In this document: piece after piece, positions 29,645-37,876 of the stretch
Position numbering within the stretch: the first letter of the stretch is position 1
Layout: the number at the start of each line of letters is the position of its first letter
Source: a virus
Reading direction: 5' to 3' (one strand)
IMG/VR virus record: IMGVR_UViG_3300047994_000092
Location: 1-37,876 of that record
Length of the DNA: 37,876 nt
Program-made: the position numbers and the translations under genes
The notes under the pieces: model-generated
Databases searched by the model: none
What the model saw: only the letters and a program-made list of their open reading frames with translations
Told to the model about the DNA's origin: nothing

Positions 29645-31308
29645 AGCGGGCCTCCTGGCTTCACCATGTACTCGATCGAGGCCAGCACGGTCTTCTCCTG
29701 CGAGGAGAGGAACAGGCTGGGCGCCAGCGCGAAGCCCAGGCCCACCACGCTGCGCCACTCGCCGTAAGCCTTCACGCCACCGCTCCAAAAATCGGCATCC
29801 CAGAATGAGGAGTCCCACAGCGATCCGACCGTGCCGGTGGACACCGCAGAGCTATAGATGGGGTTGATCTCAAAGTCCACGTTCATCACCACCTGATAAG
29901 CGGGGCGCGCCGCTGCGATGAAGTTCAGCCGGATCATCAGCGCCTGCTTCTTGATCGTGGGCATGCCCATGTAATTGAAGGCCGGCGTGAGCCTGGCGCG
30001 GATCTCATAGGCGCCGGTGCCATCGAGCTTCATCGCATCGGTGTGCTGATCGAACACGCGCAACACGCGGCCATCAGCGGTGCCCGCATACACCTCATTC
30101 AGACGCCGGCCGAAGGTCTTGCCAGGCACATCGAGGATGCGACTCCAGGCTGTGCTGTGCTGTTGAAAGGCGTATTGAATGTTCTCGCTGACCGACACGC
30201 TGGGCCGCGCGATATGCAGCAGAGCCAGGCTTGGTAACAGCATCACCTCCCAGCCATCGGTGTTCAGCAGCGTTCTGAAGTCTGCATTGAGCAGATCCTG
30301 GAGCTTGCGCAGCTGCACCAACACGGTGGTGTCGCTGGTGAGCAGGTTGTCCAGGCCGCCCTGCACGATCTGATTCACCGGGATCACACCGAACTGCGTT
30401 AGCACGTAGACATTGCCGCCGCTGGTTGTCATGCAGCGCCGGCCCACCGGGGGCTGGCCGATGTACCACACGCCCACGTTTGAAAACTTGGCCGCATCGG
30501 CGGGGTCGGTGCCCTCGTAGATGATCAGGTCGCCGCTGCTGCTGACGATCACCAGCCGGTCATCGATGCCCTCGCCAGCGTCCTGCGTCCAGTTGGCCAG
30601 GCCCAGCACCGCGCCGCCGCGCAGCAGCTGCGGGCCGAAGTCGAACAGCTGGGCCGCGCCACCCACCGCGCCCACCGACAAGAACCACACTTCGCCGCTG
30701 GCGCGCCGGGTGAACATCAGGCGCTTTTTCCACACGCACACATGCACGAAATCGGCGGGGTCAATGCCGGTGATGATGCCGGGGCCGGGGCCGCCCACGC
30801 TGGTCATCTTCATCCAGGTGGATCCGTTGTAGAGAAACGCGCCATCGGTTTCGCTGCACGCCACCAGGTACTGGCCACCACCGGCCGCCGTGAACTGCAC
30901 AAAGCTCATGGTGCCGGCGTTCGTGGTGCCGCTCAGTGCTATGTCAGGCAGGGCTGCATTGAAGTCGCCACCGGCCTCGATATCGAAAATGCCCTGATCG
31001 ATCACGGCGAACAATTCGGACGATGCCAGCGGGCTGATGATCGCGTTGGCCGGCGCACCCTCATAGCTCATCACCGTGCGGATCTGATGGCTGCTGCCGC
31101 CGCCGATGTGTGTGGCGTACTCGCGCCAGCCATCACGCACCGCCAGGCCCAGGTCGCTGCTCAGAATGTTGTCCATCTCCACCGCATCGGTGGGTGGCAT
31201 GTCGGCCACAGCGCCGGTCGAATTCAGGCCGCTCACAGGTGGCGCCACCGTCAGCAGCTGCTGAAGCGTCTGCTGAGGCAGGCGGCGGGGCTTCGCTTGC
31301 ATCAGCAT
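29641..31308 (-). CDS. 555-aa tail hub/tubular-type structural protein
   Basis: GGGAG SD. Large beta-rich protein in the tail module. Assigned by position. Confidence 0.55.
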   Translation of the reverse strand: MLMQAKPRRLPQQTLQQLLTVAPPVSGLNSTGAVADMPPTDAVEMDNILSSDLGLAVRDGWREYATHIGGGSSHQIRTVMSYEGAPANAIISPLASSELFAVIDQGIFDIEAGGDFNAALPDIALSGTTNAGTMSFVQFTAAGGGQYLVACSETDGAFLYNGSTWMKMTSVGGPGPGIITGIDPADFVHVCVWKKRLMFTRRASGEVWFLSVGAVGGAAQLFDFGPQLLRGGAVLGLANWTQDAGEGIDDRLVIVSSSGDLIIYEGTDPADAAKFSNVGVWYIGQPPVGRRCMTTSGGNVYVLTQFGVIPVNQIVQGGLDNLLTSDTTVLVQLRKLQDLLNADFRTLLNTDGWEVMLLPSLALLHIARPSVSVSENIQYAFQQHSTAWSRILDVPGKTFGRRLNEVYAGTADGRVLRVFDQHTDAMKLDGTGAYEIRARLTPAFNYMGMPTIKKQALMIRLNFIAAARPAYQVVMNVDFEINPIYSSAVSTGTVGSLWDSSFWDADFWSGGVKAYGEWRSVVGLGFALAPSLFLSSQEKTVLASIEYMVKPGGPL

Positions 31309-31309
31309 G

Positions 31310-32056
31310 TCAGCTCCCGTAGCCGGTGTCTGGAACGTTGAACTGCGTGGAGATCAGCGGGTAGGTGTCGGACCTTGCCACCTGCAAAACAGGTGCATCC
31401 GTATCGGCGCAGATCGCGGCCTCCTCGATCTCGTTGTAGTCGGCCTGGGCCGCCGTGGTGTCGAAGCCCTTGGCCGTCAGGAATGCCAGCTTCAGCTTCG
31501 CCTGGATCAGTTCGCTGTCGTACATCACCACCTGGTCATCGGCATCGATGAAATCCTGGTAGGTGATCGGCACGCCAGGCACCTGCACCCAGGCGCGGCT
31601 GCTGTAGTCGATGCGCAGTTCCTGCGGGGTGCTGAAAGAGTTGTAAAGCTCCAGCATGCCGTCGCGCGTGCGATAGACCACGCTGATGGTGGAATTGCCC
31701 AGGTTGCGGGCCTTCAGGCAGGCCCATTGCGGGGCCGTGGCGGGGCCCAGCATCGGCAAGCGGCTGGTGTCATTCCAGCCGGTCAGATCCAGGAACGAAT
31801 CCCAATCGGCGGGCATCGGGTAAGCGGTCAGTAGCGGATCCGTGAGCAGCAGCCAGGTGCGCTCCAGGTGGCTCCAGCGATAGGTCGCCGTTGGCTTCAC
31901 CAGGCGCCGGCCGGCCCAGGTCAGCAGCCGCATCATCTGCTGCGCGGTCTGATCGTCGGGGGCGGTGGCCATGGCCGCAGACACAGGCAGGCCCAGCTGG
32001 CCCTGCACCTGCTGAACGATATCCAGCGCGGTGGCGTACTTGTTGAATGCGGCCAT
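31310..32056 (-). CDS. 248-aa head-tail adaptor/tail-proximal structural protein (putative)
   Basis: ORF in the structural operon between head and tail genes. Assigned by position. Confidence 0.5.
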   Translation of the reverse strand: MAAFNKYATALDIVQQVQGQLGLPVSAAMATAPDDQTAQQMMRLLTWAGRRLVKPTATYRWSHLERTWLLLTDPLLTAYPMPADWDSFLDLTGWNDTSRLPMLGPATAPQWACLKARNLGNSTISVVYRTRDGMLELYNSFSTPQELRIDYSSRAWVQVPGVPITYQDFIDADDQVVMYDSELIQAKLKLAFLTAKGFDTTAAQADYNEIEEAAICADTDAPVLQVARSDTYPLISTQFNVPDTGYGS

Positions 32057-32062
32057 GATGGA

Positions 32063-32668
32063 TCAGGCGCCGGCCTTCTCGCGCAGCAGCTTTTCCAGGC
32101 GGTCGGCCTGGTCGCGCACCACCTGCTCCAGCGTATCGATGCGCTGGCGCTGATCGTCCATCAGCTGGGCCTGCTTGGCCGCCTCGGCGCTGGTCTTGGT
32201 CTTGCCCAGCCACACCTGGGCATGCTGCTTGAGCCTGACAAGACCCGGCACGCGGCTGGTCACATCGTCACGCACCTCGGCCAGCTGCTCCACCGTGCGG
32301 ATCCCGATGTAGCGCAACTCCTCGGCCTGGCCGCGCGTCAGCAGGGGCCAGTCATGCAGGCGGGTGCCGGTGATCTGCGCATCCTCGCTCATGCCCTGCT
32401 TGAACAGGCCGTATTGCTTGTGAAAGCGGCGCTTGTCCTGCGGGGTCGCGGGGCGGTCGTTGATGTTGTTCTTGTCACCCGGCACGATGATGCGCACGCA
32501 CTCCACATCGTCAATGATCGGGCGGCCCTCGGCGATGGTCTTGCCCTCGTTCTGGAGGGTGCCCATGTAGAACACCACGAATAGCGATTCATCGCCGGCA
32601 TCGGGGCGGCCAAAGAGATTAGGGTCGCCCATGTCGGGCAGGCCCTGCACGTTTTCGTACTGGTTCAT
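32063..32668 (-). CDS. 201-aa structural-module protein
   Basis: AGGAG SD. ORF in the structural operon. Confidence 0.5.
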   Translation of the reverse strand: MNQYENVQGLPDMGDPNLFGRPDAGDESLFVVFYMGTLQNEGKTIAEGRPIIDDVECVRIIVPGDKNNINDRPATPQDKRRFHKQYGLFKQGMSEDAQITGTRLHDWPLLTRGQAEELRYIGIRTVEQLAEVRDDVTSRVPGLVRLKQHAQVWLGKTKTSAEAAKQAQLMDDQRQRIDTLEQVVRDQADRLEKLLREKAGA

Positions 32669-32696
32669 TCGTTGCTCCTAGTTGCCAGGGGTCAGG

Positions 32697-32873
32697 TCAT
32701 GCATCACGCAAGTGATGCAGCGGGTGCGCCGGGTTATCCAGCGGTGTGCGCCATCCGGGGCGCATCTCGCCAACTGGTACGGCCTCGCCTTCTTTGGGCG
32801 GCTCGTATTCGGTCTCTGTCTCGGCCGGGAGATCCGGCTCCAGGTCATCGCGCGGTTGCTTGCTCTTGGTCAT
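32697..32873 (-). CDS. Small acidic 58-aa protein
   Basis: GGAG lies 6 nt upstream of ATG 32873, which is internal to tracked ORF 32697..32918. Confidence 0.4.
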   Translation of the reverse strand: MTKSKQPRDDLEPDLPAETETEYEPPKEGEAVPVGEMRPGWRTPLDNPAHPLHHLRDA

Positions 32874-32952
32874 GTTGGACTCCAAAAAGCCCCAGGCCGA
32901 AGCCTGGGGAATTGGCAACTGCGGCAGGCAGGATTGCCCGCCGCTCGGGAGA

Positions 32953-33531
32953 TCAGGCCGGTGCCACGCTGGCCGCCGTGCTGGAGCCGAAGACCGATTG
33001 ATCGTTCACCAGCGCCACGCCGCTGCGGTTTGTGAAACCGGCCTCCACGGCAGCGCCAGGCGCCACCGCACCGGTGGCCGTGACAGTCTTGATGGAGAAG
33101 CCGGTGAAGGCGGGGCCAGCGCCCGCATCGCGCGATCCGCCCTGGCCTGCCATGCCGATGCCGAAGCCGGCCGTGTAGGGGTTGGCCACGCCGCTGGGCA
33201 GGCTGCGGCCGCCGCCGATATACATGAATCGGCTGTCAGCCGATGCGGTGGCATCGGGCTTGGAAACGCCGGGGGTGTAGTCGTCGGTGAAGCCGGCGCC
33301 GCGAATGCCTGCAACGGCATTGCTGAATAGCGGATTCGATACGGGGCCGATGACAGGCGGGGAGCCGAAGCCGATGCCGGTGGACAGGGCGCCGGTCGAG
33401 AGGTTGCCGGCCTGGTCGCGGTCAAAGGGCGAACCCTTGGGGCCCGACATGAGATCGAACGTCACCGAAGGGCCCTGGGTCGGGTTGCCCTGGTTTTGCG
33501 CCAGGGTGGCGCCGGGAAGGGATGCAGGCAT
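32953..33531 (-). CDS. Gly-rich 192-aa protein downstream of the capsid gene (decoration/cement candidate)
   Basis: GGAGGG SD. Assigned by its position directly after the major capsid gene. Confidence 0.5.
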   Translation of the reverse strand: MPASLPGATLAQNQGNPTQGPSVTFDLMSGPKGSPFDRDQAGNLSTGALSTGIGFGSPPVIGPVSNPLFSNAVAGIRGAGFTDDYTPGVSKPDATASADSRFMYIGGGRSLPSGVANPYTAGFGIGMAGQGGSRDAGAGPAFTGFSIKTVTATGAVAPGAAVEAGFTNRSGVALVNDQSVFGSSTAASVAPA

Positions 33532-33579
33532 GATCTAGCCCTCCAAAGAAGTGGGCCGGTGGTCAGCCGGCCCTGGTGG

Positions 33580-34545
33580 TTATGGGGAGATCAGGCGGCC
33601 CTGGAACTGGGCGCCGCTGCACGTGAGGTTGCCGGCCCAGGCCAGGATCTGCGTGGTGGCGTCCTGGTTGATCGCATAGCGGCGATCGGGGCTCAGGGGC
33701 ACCAGGTTGCGCTTGCTGTGCGGCCTCCAGAACAGGTACTTGGTGTTCAGGAAATACGCCGTGTTCACCACGGCATAACCGCCAATGCCACCATCCAGCA
33801 CCACATCGGCATCCATGTATTTGATGGATGGGAAACCCAGCTTGCCGGTCTCGGTGCCGGTGAAGCGCTGCTGCGCTTGCAGGCTGGCCATGTAGATGGC
33901 CCACATATTGTTGTCCACCACGATCAGGTCGGGGCGGTCCATGCCGCGCACCAGGCTGGCCCACATGGCGTTGAAAGCGCCCTGCACGGTGGCAGCGGTC
34001 AGCGCTGCGCCGGCCGTTGTGGTCTTGCTGCGCCAGAAGGGCCAGGTGTTGCGGTCGATGCCGCCATAGACGCCGATCAGCGGATTCACAGGCACGGCGG
34101 CATTGAGGCCCACCACCTGCTTGCCACCGGCTGCGGTGCCGTCGCTGTAGACGCCCTGGGCCAGCAGATTCATCATGCTGGATTCGGCCACCTTGATGCG
34201 GCCCTCCAGCAGATCGATCATCTGTTCTTGGCCGGCATTCTTCAGTTCGTCCAGCCCGCTGTAGACCACAGGGCATGCGGCCTGCTTGAAGTCGTACTGC
34301 GCGGCGCTGATCACATCCTGGGCGGCCACCGGCAGGAGGTCATAACCGCTGTACCAGCCGACATTGCCGTTTTCGGCGAACGTCAGTTCTTCAAAGATCA
34401 GCGATCCGCCGCTGACGGTGCGCTCGTTGCCGCGCTGCTTCAGGCGGGCCAGGAGGGCATTGTTCTTGGTGACGTTATCGGCAAGCGTCTTGCTGCGCGA
34501 TTCGATCGTGGTGGCCACGATATCGGAAACATTGGGGAAGGCCAT
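33580..34545 (-). CDS. Major capsid protein (HK97-fold type, 321 aa)
   Basis: GGAG SD. Size and position after the scaffold gene fit. The N-terminus MAFPNVSDIVATTIESRSKTLADNVTKNNALLARLK resembles capsid proteins of this podovirus type. Confidence 0.75.
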   Translation of the reverse strand: MAFPNVSDIVATTIESRSKTLADNVTKNNALLARLKQRGNERTVSGGSLIFEELTFAENGNVGWYSGYDLLPVAAQDVISAAQYDFKQAACPVVYSGLDELKNAGQEQMIDLLEGRIKVAESSMMNLLAQGVYSDGTAAGGKQVVGLNAAVPVNPLIGVYGGIDRNTWPFWRSKTTTAGAALTAATVQGAFNAMWASLVRGMDRPDLIVVDNNMWAIYMASLQAQQRFTGTETGKLGFPSIKYMDADVVLDGGIGGYAVVNTAYFLNTKYLFWRPHSKRNLVPLSPDRRYAINQDATTQILAWAGNLTCSGAQFQGRLISP

Positions 34546-34661
34546 GATGGGGCTCCAGATTGGTTGTGAAACCGATCGTTAGGAGATGACCCAGCGGGTT
34601 CTCCGCGCCGATCTCTTGGCGCTTGAACCGGGTGGGCCCCATCAGGGCACTCGGGCGGGAA

Positions 34662-35774
34662 TCAGGCTCTGCCTGATTCGCCTATGGCTGCTTCAATGGC
34701 AGCGCGTACAGAGTCGTCTTTAGGGACTATCGAACCATCACCTGGTTGCGAGTCGCCTTTGATACTCGATGCCGCGCGCTTGGCACGAAGGACAGCTTGC
34801 GATGTGTTGCCCCTTTGGGCACTGGCACGCCGCTGATTGAGTATTGTGGCCACTTGCTCATCCATTTGGCAAGCCTGGTTGTAAATCTTCTCCAGGTCGC
34901 CGGGGCCCACCTGGTGGCCCTGCCTGGCGCGAATTTCCACCAGGTCGGCCATTACCCCAGCCACATCACGGTAAAACTCATGCGCCTGGCCGAAGGTTTC
35001 AAGCTCCTGGCGGATGGTATTTTCCTGCTGTGCCTGGCGATTCTCCAGAATCTGCTGCTGCTGATATAGCAGCTGGTCCAGGCGCGGATCACGAAACTGC
35101 TGCTGTTGCTGCGCAGCCTGGCCACCAGCTGGCGCCTGGCCGGCCAGCAGTTTGTCCAGGGTTTCCAGGTCGATGCCGTAGCTGGTGATAATCGCCGCCG
35201 CAATTTGAGCCTTGGCCTGGGGGGTTCCCATGCGAAGCTCGGCCGCCGTCTGCATCAGGTTTTGAACTGCCTGGAGCGGATTGGAATTCTCGGCCCTGAT
35301 GAACATTTCATAAGGGCGCACGACATTCTCAAATGCCTGCTGAAACTGGCGAGTTTCGGCGCCCTGCTGCACCGCGCGGTGAAGCTCATATTCACGGCGG
35401 TGGATCTCCTGGCGCACCTCGGGATCCAGGGCGCCCCACTTCTCGCGGGCCGTGGGCCTCCAGCTGGCCGGCGCTTTCAGGTCGCCAGGCTGCGGCGGGG
35501 GCGTCAGGCCACCCTGGGCCTGGCCAGGCTGCTGCGCGGCCTCCTGGGCCGGTTTCTGGCCCTCGGCGGGGGGGTGCTGGCCCTCGGCCGGCTCCTGCTT
35601 GGGAGCAAAGCGGCCATGTTGATCGCGCTGGCGGCCCTCGGCCTGTGGTGGCGCAGCTGCGCCAGCGGCCGGCTGGTCGATCTCATCGGTGGCCTGCTCC
35701 TGGAATGCCGCATCCAGGGTGTCGCGCAAGCTCGGGGCCTCATCGGGTTCGGGGATCAGATTTTCGGTTGCCAT
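34662..35774 (-). CDS. Scaffolding protein (370 aa, Gln/Ala/Glu-rich helical)
   Basis: Immediately upstream of the capsid gene. Low-complexity helical composition and a GGAG SD. Confidence 0.6.
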   Translation of the reverse strand: MATENLIPEPDEAPSLRDTLDAAFQEQATDEIDQPAAGAAAPPQAEGRQRDQHGRFAPKQEPAEGQHPPAEGQKPAQEAAQQPGQAQGGLTPPPQPGDLKAPASWRPTAREKWGALDPEVRQEIHRREYELHRAVQQGAETRQFQQAFENVVRPYEMFIRAENSNPLQAVQNLMQTAAELRMGTPQAKAQIAAAIITSYGIDLETLDKLLAGQAPAGGQAAQQQQQFRDPRLDQLLYQQQQILENRQAQQENTIRQELETFGQAHEFYRDVAGVMADLVEIRARQGHQVGPGDLEKIYNQACQMDEQVATILNQRRASAQRGNTSQAVLRAKRAASSIKGDSQPGDGSIVPKDDSVRAAIEAAIGESGRA

Positions 35775-35810
35775 TCAGGTTCTCCAGTGCCCTCAGCGGT
35801 GGGGCTGGCG

Positions 35811-37876
35811 CTAGTCCTGCGCCTCTTGGTCTTGTCGTAACAGGTCGGCCAGGGTCGCGGTGCCAACACCGGCGCCGGCCGCCGAAAACAGGGGCTTGCC
35901 GAAGCGCTTGGGCCATTCGCGCGCCACCTGCTCGGCCTGCTCGGGGCTGGCGTTCTCCAGCCACTTGAAAACGGCGTTCTGCATCAGCGTCTTGGGGCCC
36001 ACCTTGGTGCCCTGCGGGCCCCTGAAGCCAGGCGAAAACTCCTCGATGCGGTCGTGAATGTCCTGGGCCTCGATCGGCTGGCCCCGGTGCGTGAAGCTCT
36101 CGGGCGTGAAGCCGATCGCGTTGGGGTCGCCCTCGGGGTGATTGGCCAGGCGCGCGTCGGTTTCGCCGGCCAGCGCCTGCCAGATCCGATCGCCTGGCGC
36201 ATAGCCGGTGGCACGCGGCCTGCGGCCCGACAGCGTGCCGGTCACATCGCGCGGGTTTTCACCGGTGCGGGCCGCGTTGGCCAGGGTGTTGGACAGCAGG
36301 CGCAGCTGGTTGTCCGAAGTCAGGCTATCGACGCCCATGGTGATGCCCTCCTTGGAGGCATGCGCCAGCAGGGTCTGGTACAGCAGCGCGCCGGCCTTGC
36401 CGGCCTGGGTGGCGTGCGTCATCGGCTCCGACCCATCCCAATCGGTCACTTCGATATAACCCTGGCCAGGCACACGCATGGTTATTTTGTCGGTGTCGTT
36501 GCCGGAATAATCATCGTTTGGCTCTTTTGTCCATTTGATATTTCCGTTTTCATCGCGCACATATTCGCCGCCCTCGCTCTCGCGTGGCTCGCGCTCAATA
36601 TCGCCATATCGATCGCGCAGCGGTTCGCCGCCCTCGGCCCTGCGTTTCACCTTGATTGGATTTCCCTTCTCATCAAGGCCCTTTTTGATTTTCTTCACAT
36701 CGCCATATTCGTCGTACATCGGATAATCGCCTGGCGAATGCTCCAGGTCGTCCTCGATGATATTGCCGTCCGAATCCCGCATGTGTTCATACCGGCCATG
36801 GGTTTTCTCAACGTCGATATATTCAGGCTCATCGTTTCCATATTCACGCTCGATGTGGATCCGCTTGCCGGCGCGGTCGCCAAATTCCTTGGCGAAGTCC
36901 TCCAGGCTGCGGGCGTTTTGCGGCATGCCGCCGAATTGGAATATCTCGGGCTGCTCCTTGGCCGCGCGCAAGAAGGCCGCCACCGATTCGGGCGCCGCAT
37001 TGGGATCCACATTCAGCGCCTTGTTCCACCACTCGGCGCCGGCCGGCGCCGGCTGCGGATTCAGCGAGGTGGGCAGTTCGGTGGAGTTGCGCACCCAGGC
37101 CGGGATCTCGGGCTCGGGCACGTTGTCCATGTGGGCCTGCGCCTGGCGCAGCTGGCGCACCAGCTGGCGGGAATCGCGGCGCTGATCCATGCGCTGCTGC
37201 AAAGCCTGGTCGGCCTCGGGCGAGATCCGGGTGCGATCGGTGCCGGAGCGGCCGGCCTCGGGAATGTCCAGGATCCCACCGCTTCGCTCCTGGATCAGGC
37301 CGCCAGGCGCATCGATCGGGGTGGTGGTCTTGAGATTCAGTAGTTCCGTTTCGCGGCGCAACGTGTCGGCCAGGCTTTCCTGCGGGCTGCGGCCGGCGCG
37401 CAGTTCGTCCATCAGCTGCCATTGCGGTTCAGCCTCAGCGCGGGCCACCGCGCCGCTATAGCGGGTGCGGGCACCTTGCAAGCGCTCGCGCGCCCCCTCC
37501 AGCATCTGGTGGCCTTCATCGGTCGGCACATCGGGATGCACGATCGTGTGCGGGCCAGCGCGGCGCGGGTTGCCGATGTTGGGCCTGCTGTACTGGTCAT
37601 AAACCAGGTCGGTCTTGGCGGTCAGGCCACGCTCGGCATCGCTCAGTTCCTGCAAGGCAAGTTCTGGAGCGCTGCGGGGTTTGATGCCTGGAATGGTCAA
37701 CTGCTTGGCGCCGCGCAAGCCCTTGGCCAGCGCCTTGATCTTCAGCGGATCCACCGCCGCCATGCCGGCCATGGCCAGGCCACCGACCACCGGGCTGCGC
37801 TCGCCGATCCAGTCGGTGATATCGGTCAGGGGCTGGGTGGCGCCCTTGATCAGTTCGCCGGTCTTCTCCAGGTAGC
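35811..37876 (-). CDS. Body of the junction-spanning 768-aa virion protein (join with 368..128 after circularisation)
   Basis: The tracked 659-aa ORF starts at a GTG inside the terminal repeat. The reading frame stays open to the window edge and matches the frame from ATG 368. Total length 2,307 nt = 769 codons. Confidence 0.7.
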   Translation of the reverse strand, partial: YLEKTGELIKGATQPLTDITDWIGERSPVVGGLAMAGMAAVDPLKIKALAKGLRGAKQLTIPGIKPRSAPELALQELSDAERGLTAKTDLVYDQYSRPNIGNPRRAGPHTIVHPDVPTDEGHQMLEGARERLQGARTRYSGAVARAEAEPQWQLMDELRAGRSPQESLADTLRRETELLNLKTTTPIDAPGGLIQERSGGILDIPEAGRSGTDRTRISPEADQALQQRMDQRRDSRQLVRQLRQAQAHMDNVPEPEIPAWVRNSTELPTSLNPQPAPAGAEWWNKALNVDPNAAPESVAAFLRAAKEQPEIFQFGGMPQNARSLEDFAKEFGDRAGKRIHIEREYGNDEPEYIDVEKTHGRYEHMRDSDGNIIEDDLEHSPGDYPMYDEYGDVKKIKKGLDEKGNPIKVKRRAEGGEPLRDRYGDIEREPRESEGGEYVRDENGNIKWTKEPNDDYSGNDTDKITMRVPGQGYIEVTDWDGSEPMTHATQAGKAGALLYQTLLAHASKEGITMGVDSLTSDNQLRLLSNTLANAARTGENPRDVTGTLSGRRPRATGYAPGDRIWQALAGETDARLANHPEGDPNAIGFTPESFTHRGQPIEAQDIHDRIEEFSPGFRGPQGTKVGPKTLMQNAVFKWLENASPEQAEQVAREWPKRFGKPLFSAAGAGVGTATLADLLRQDQEAQD
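37750..37876. repeat. Right copy of exact 127-nt terminal direct repeat
   Basis: Identical to nt 1-127 by direct comparison. Confidence 0.95.

Larger units (their letters stand above)
1..37876. mobile_element. Complete temperate tailed-phage genome on a circularly closing contig (unit length 37,749 bp)
   Basis: Terminase-portal-scaffold-capsid-tail fibre order, integrase plus AlpA-like gene, Cro-like/replication and exonuclease-RecT modules. First 127 nt equal last 127 nt. Confidence 0.85.

Overview
The window is a complete temperate tailed-phage genome on a self-overlapping contig. Nt 1-127 are identical to nt 37750-37876, so the unit length is 37,749 bp and the ends are an assembly junction rather than biology. 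GC is high, roughly 63-65% by eye, with a few clearly lower-GC islands.

Minus strand: a late/structural operon runs leftwards from about 4796, crosses the contig junction and continues to about 21384. In order it carries small and large terminase, portal, two small proteins, a junction-spanning 768-aa protein, scaffold, major capsid, tail/internal proteins, a GNAT-like gene, a Q/N-rich fibre with an S74 chaperone domain, and the tail fibre. An early-left operon (11913 to 4935) carries a Cro-like HTH, a DUF1376 replication protein, a tandem family of small acidic proteins, Lar-like, RusA-like and lipoprotein genes, and a low-GC moron.

Plus strand: a recombination module (PD-(D/E)XK exonuclease, unknown protein, RecT), several unknown genes, AlpA-like Xis and a block of small regulators. 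A P4-type integrase lies on the minus strand.

Genes are packed with many ATGA/GTGA/TGATG start-stop overlaps. Most long ORFs antisense to these genes look like high-GC artefacts.

The most unusual signal is non-coding. The 346-bp spacer between the exonuclease gene and the gene upstream of recT (13460-13805) is built almost entirely of phase-locked GGYNN pentamers, in two blocks of 27 and 30 slots flanking a hairpin. I cannot assign it to any known element class.

Other second-look items:
- a CGGTACAG motif recurring in intergenic regions
- a 382-bp gap that is either repeat-bearing non-coding DNA or a Cys-rich ORF
- a 14-bp operator triplet with no recognisable CI repressor
- four tandem paralogues joined by a conserved 14-nt overlap
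- a terminator immediately upstream of terS
- no recognisable lysis cassette
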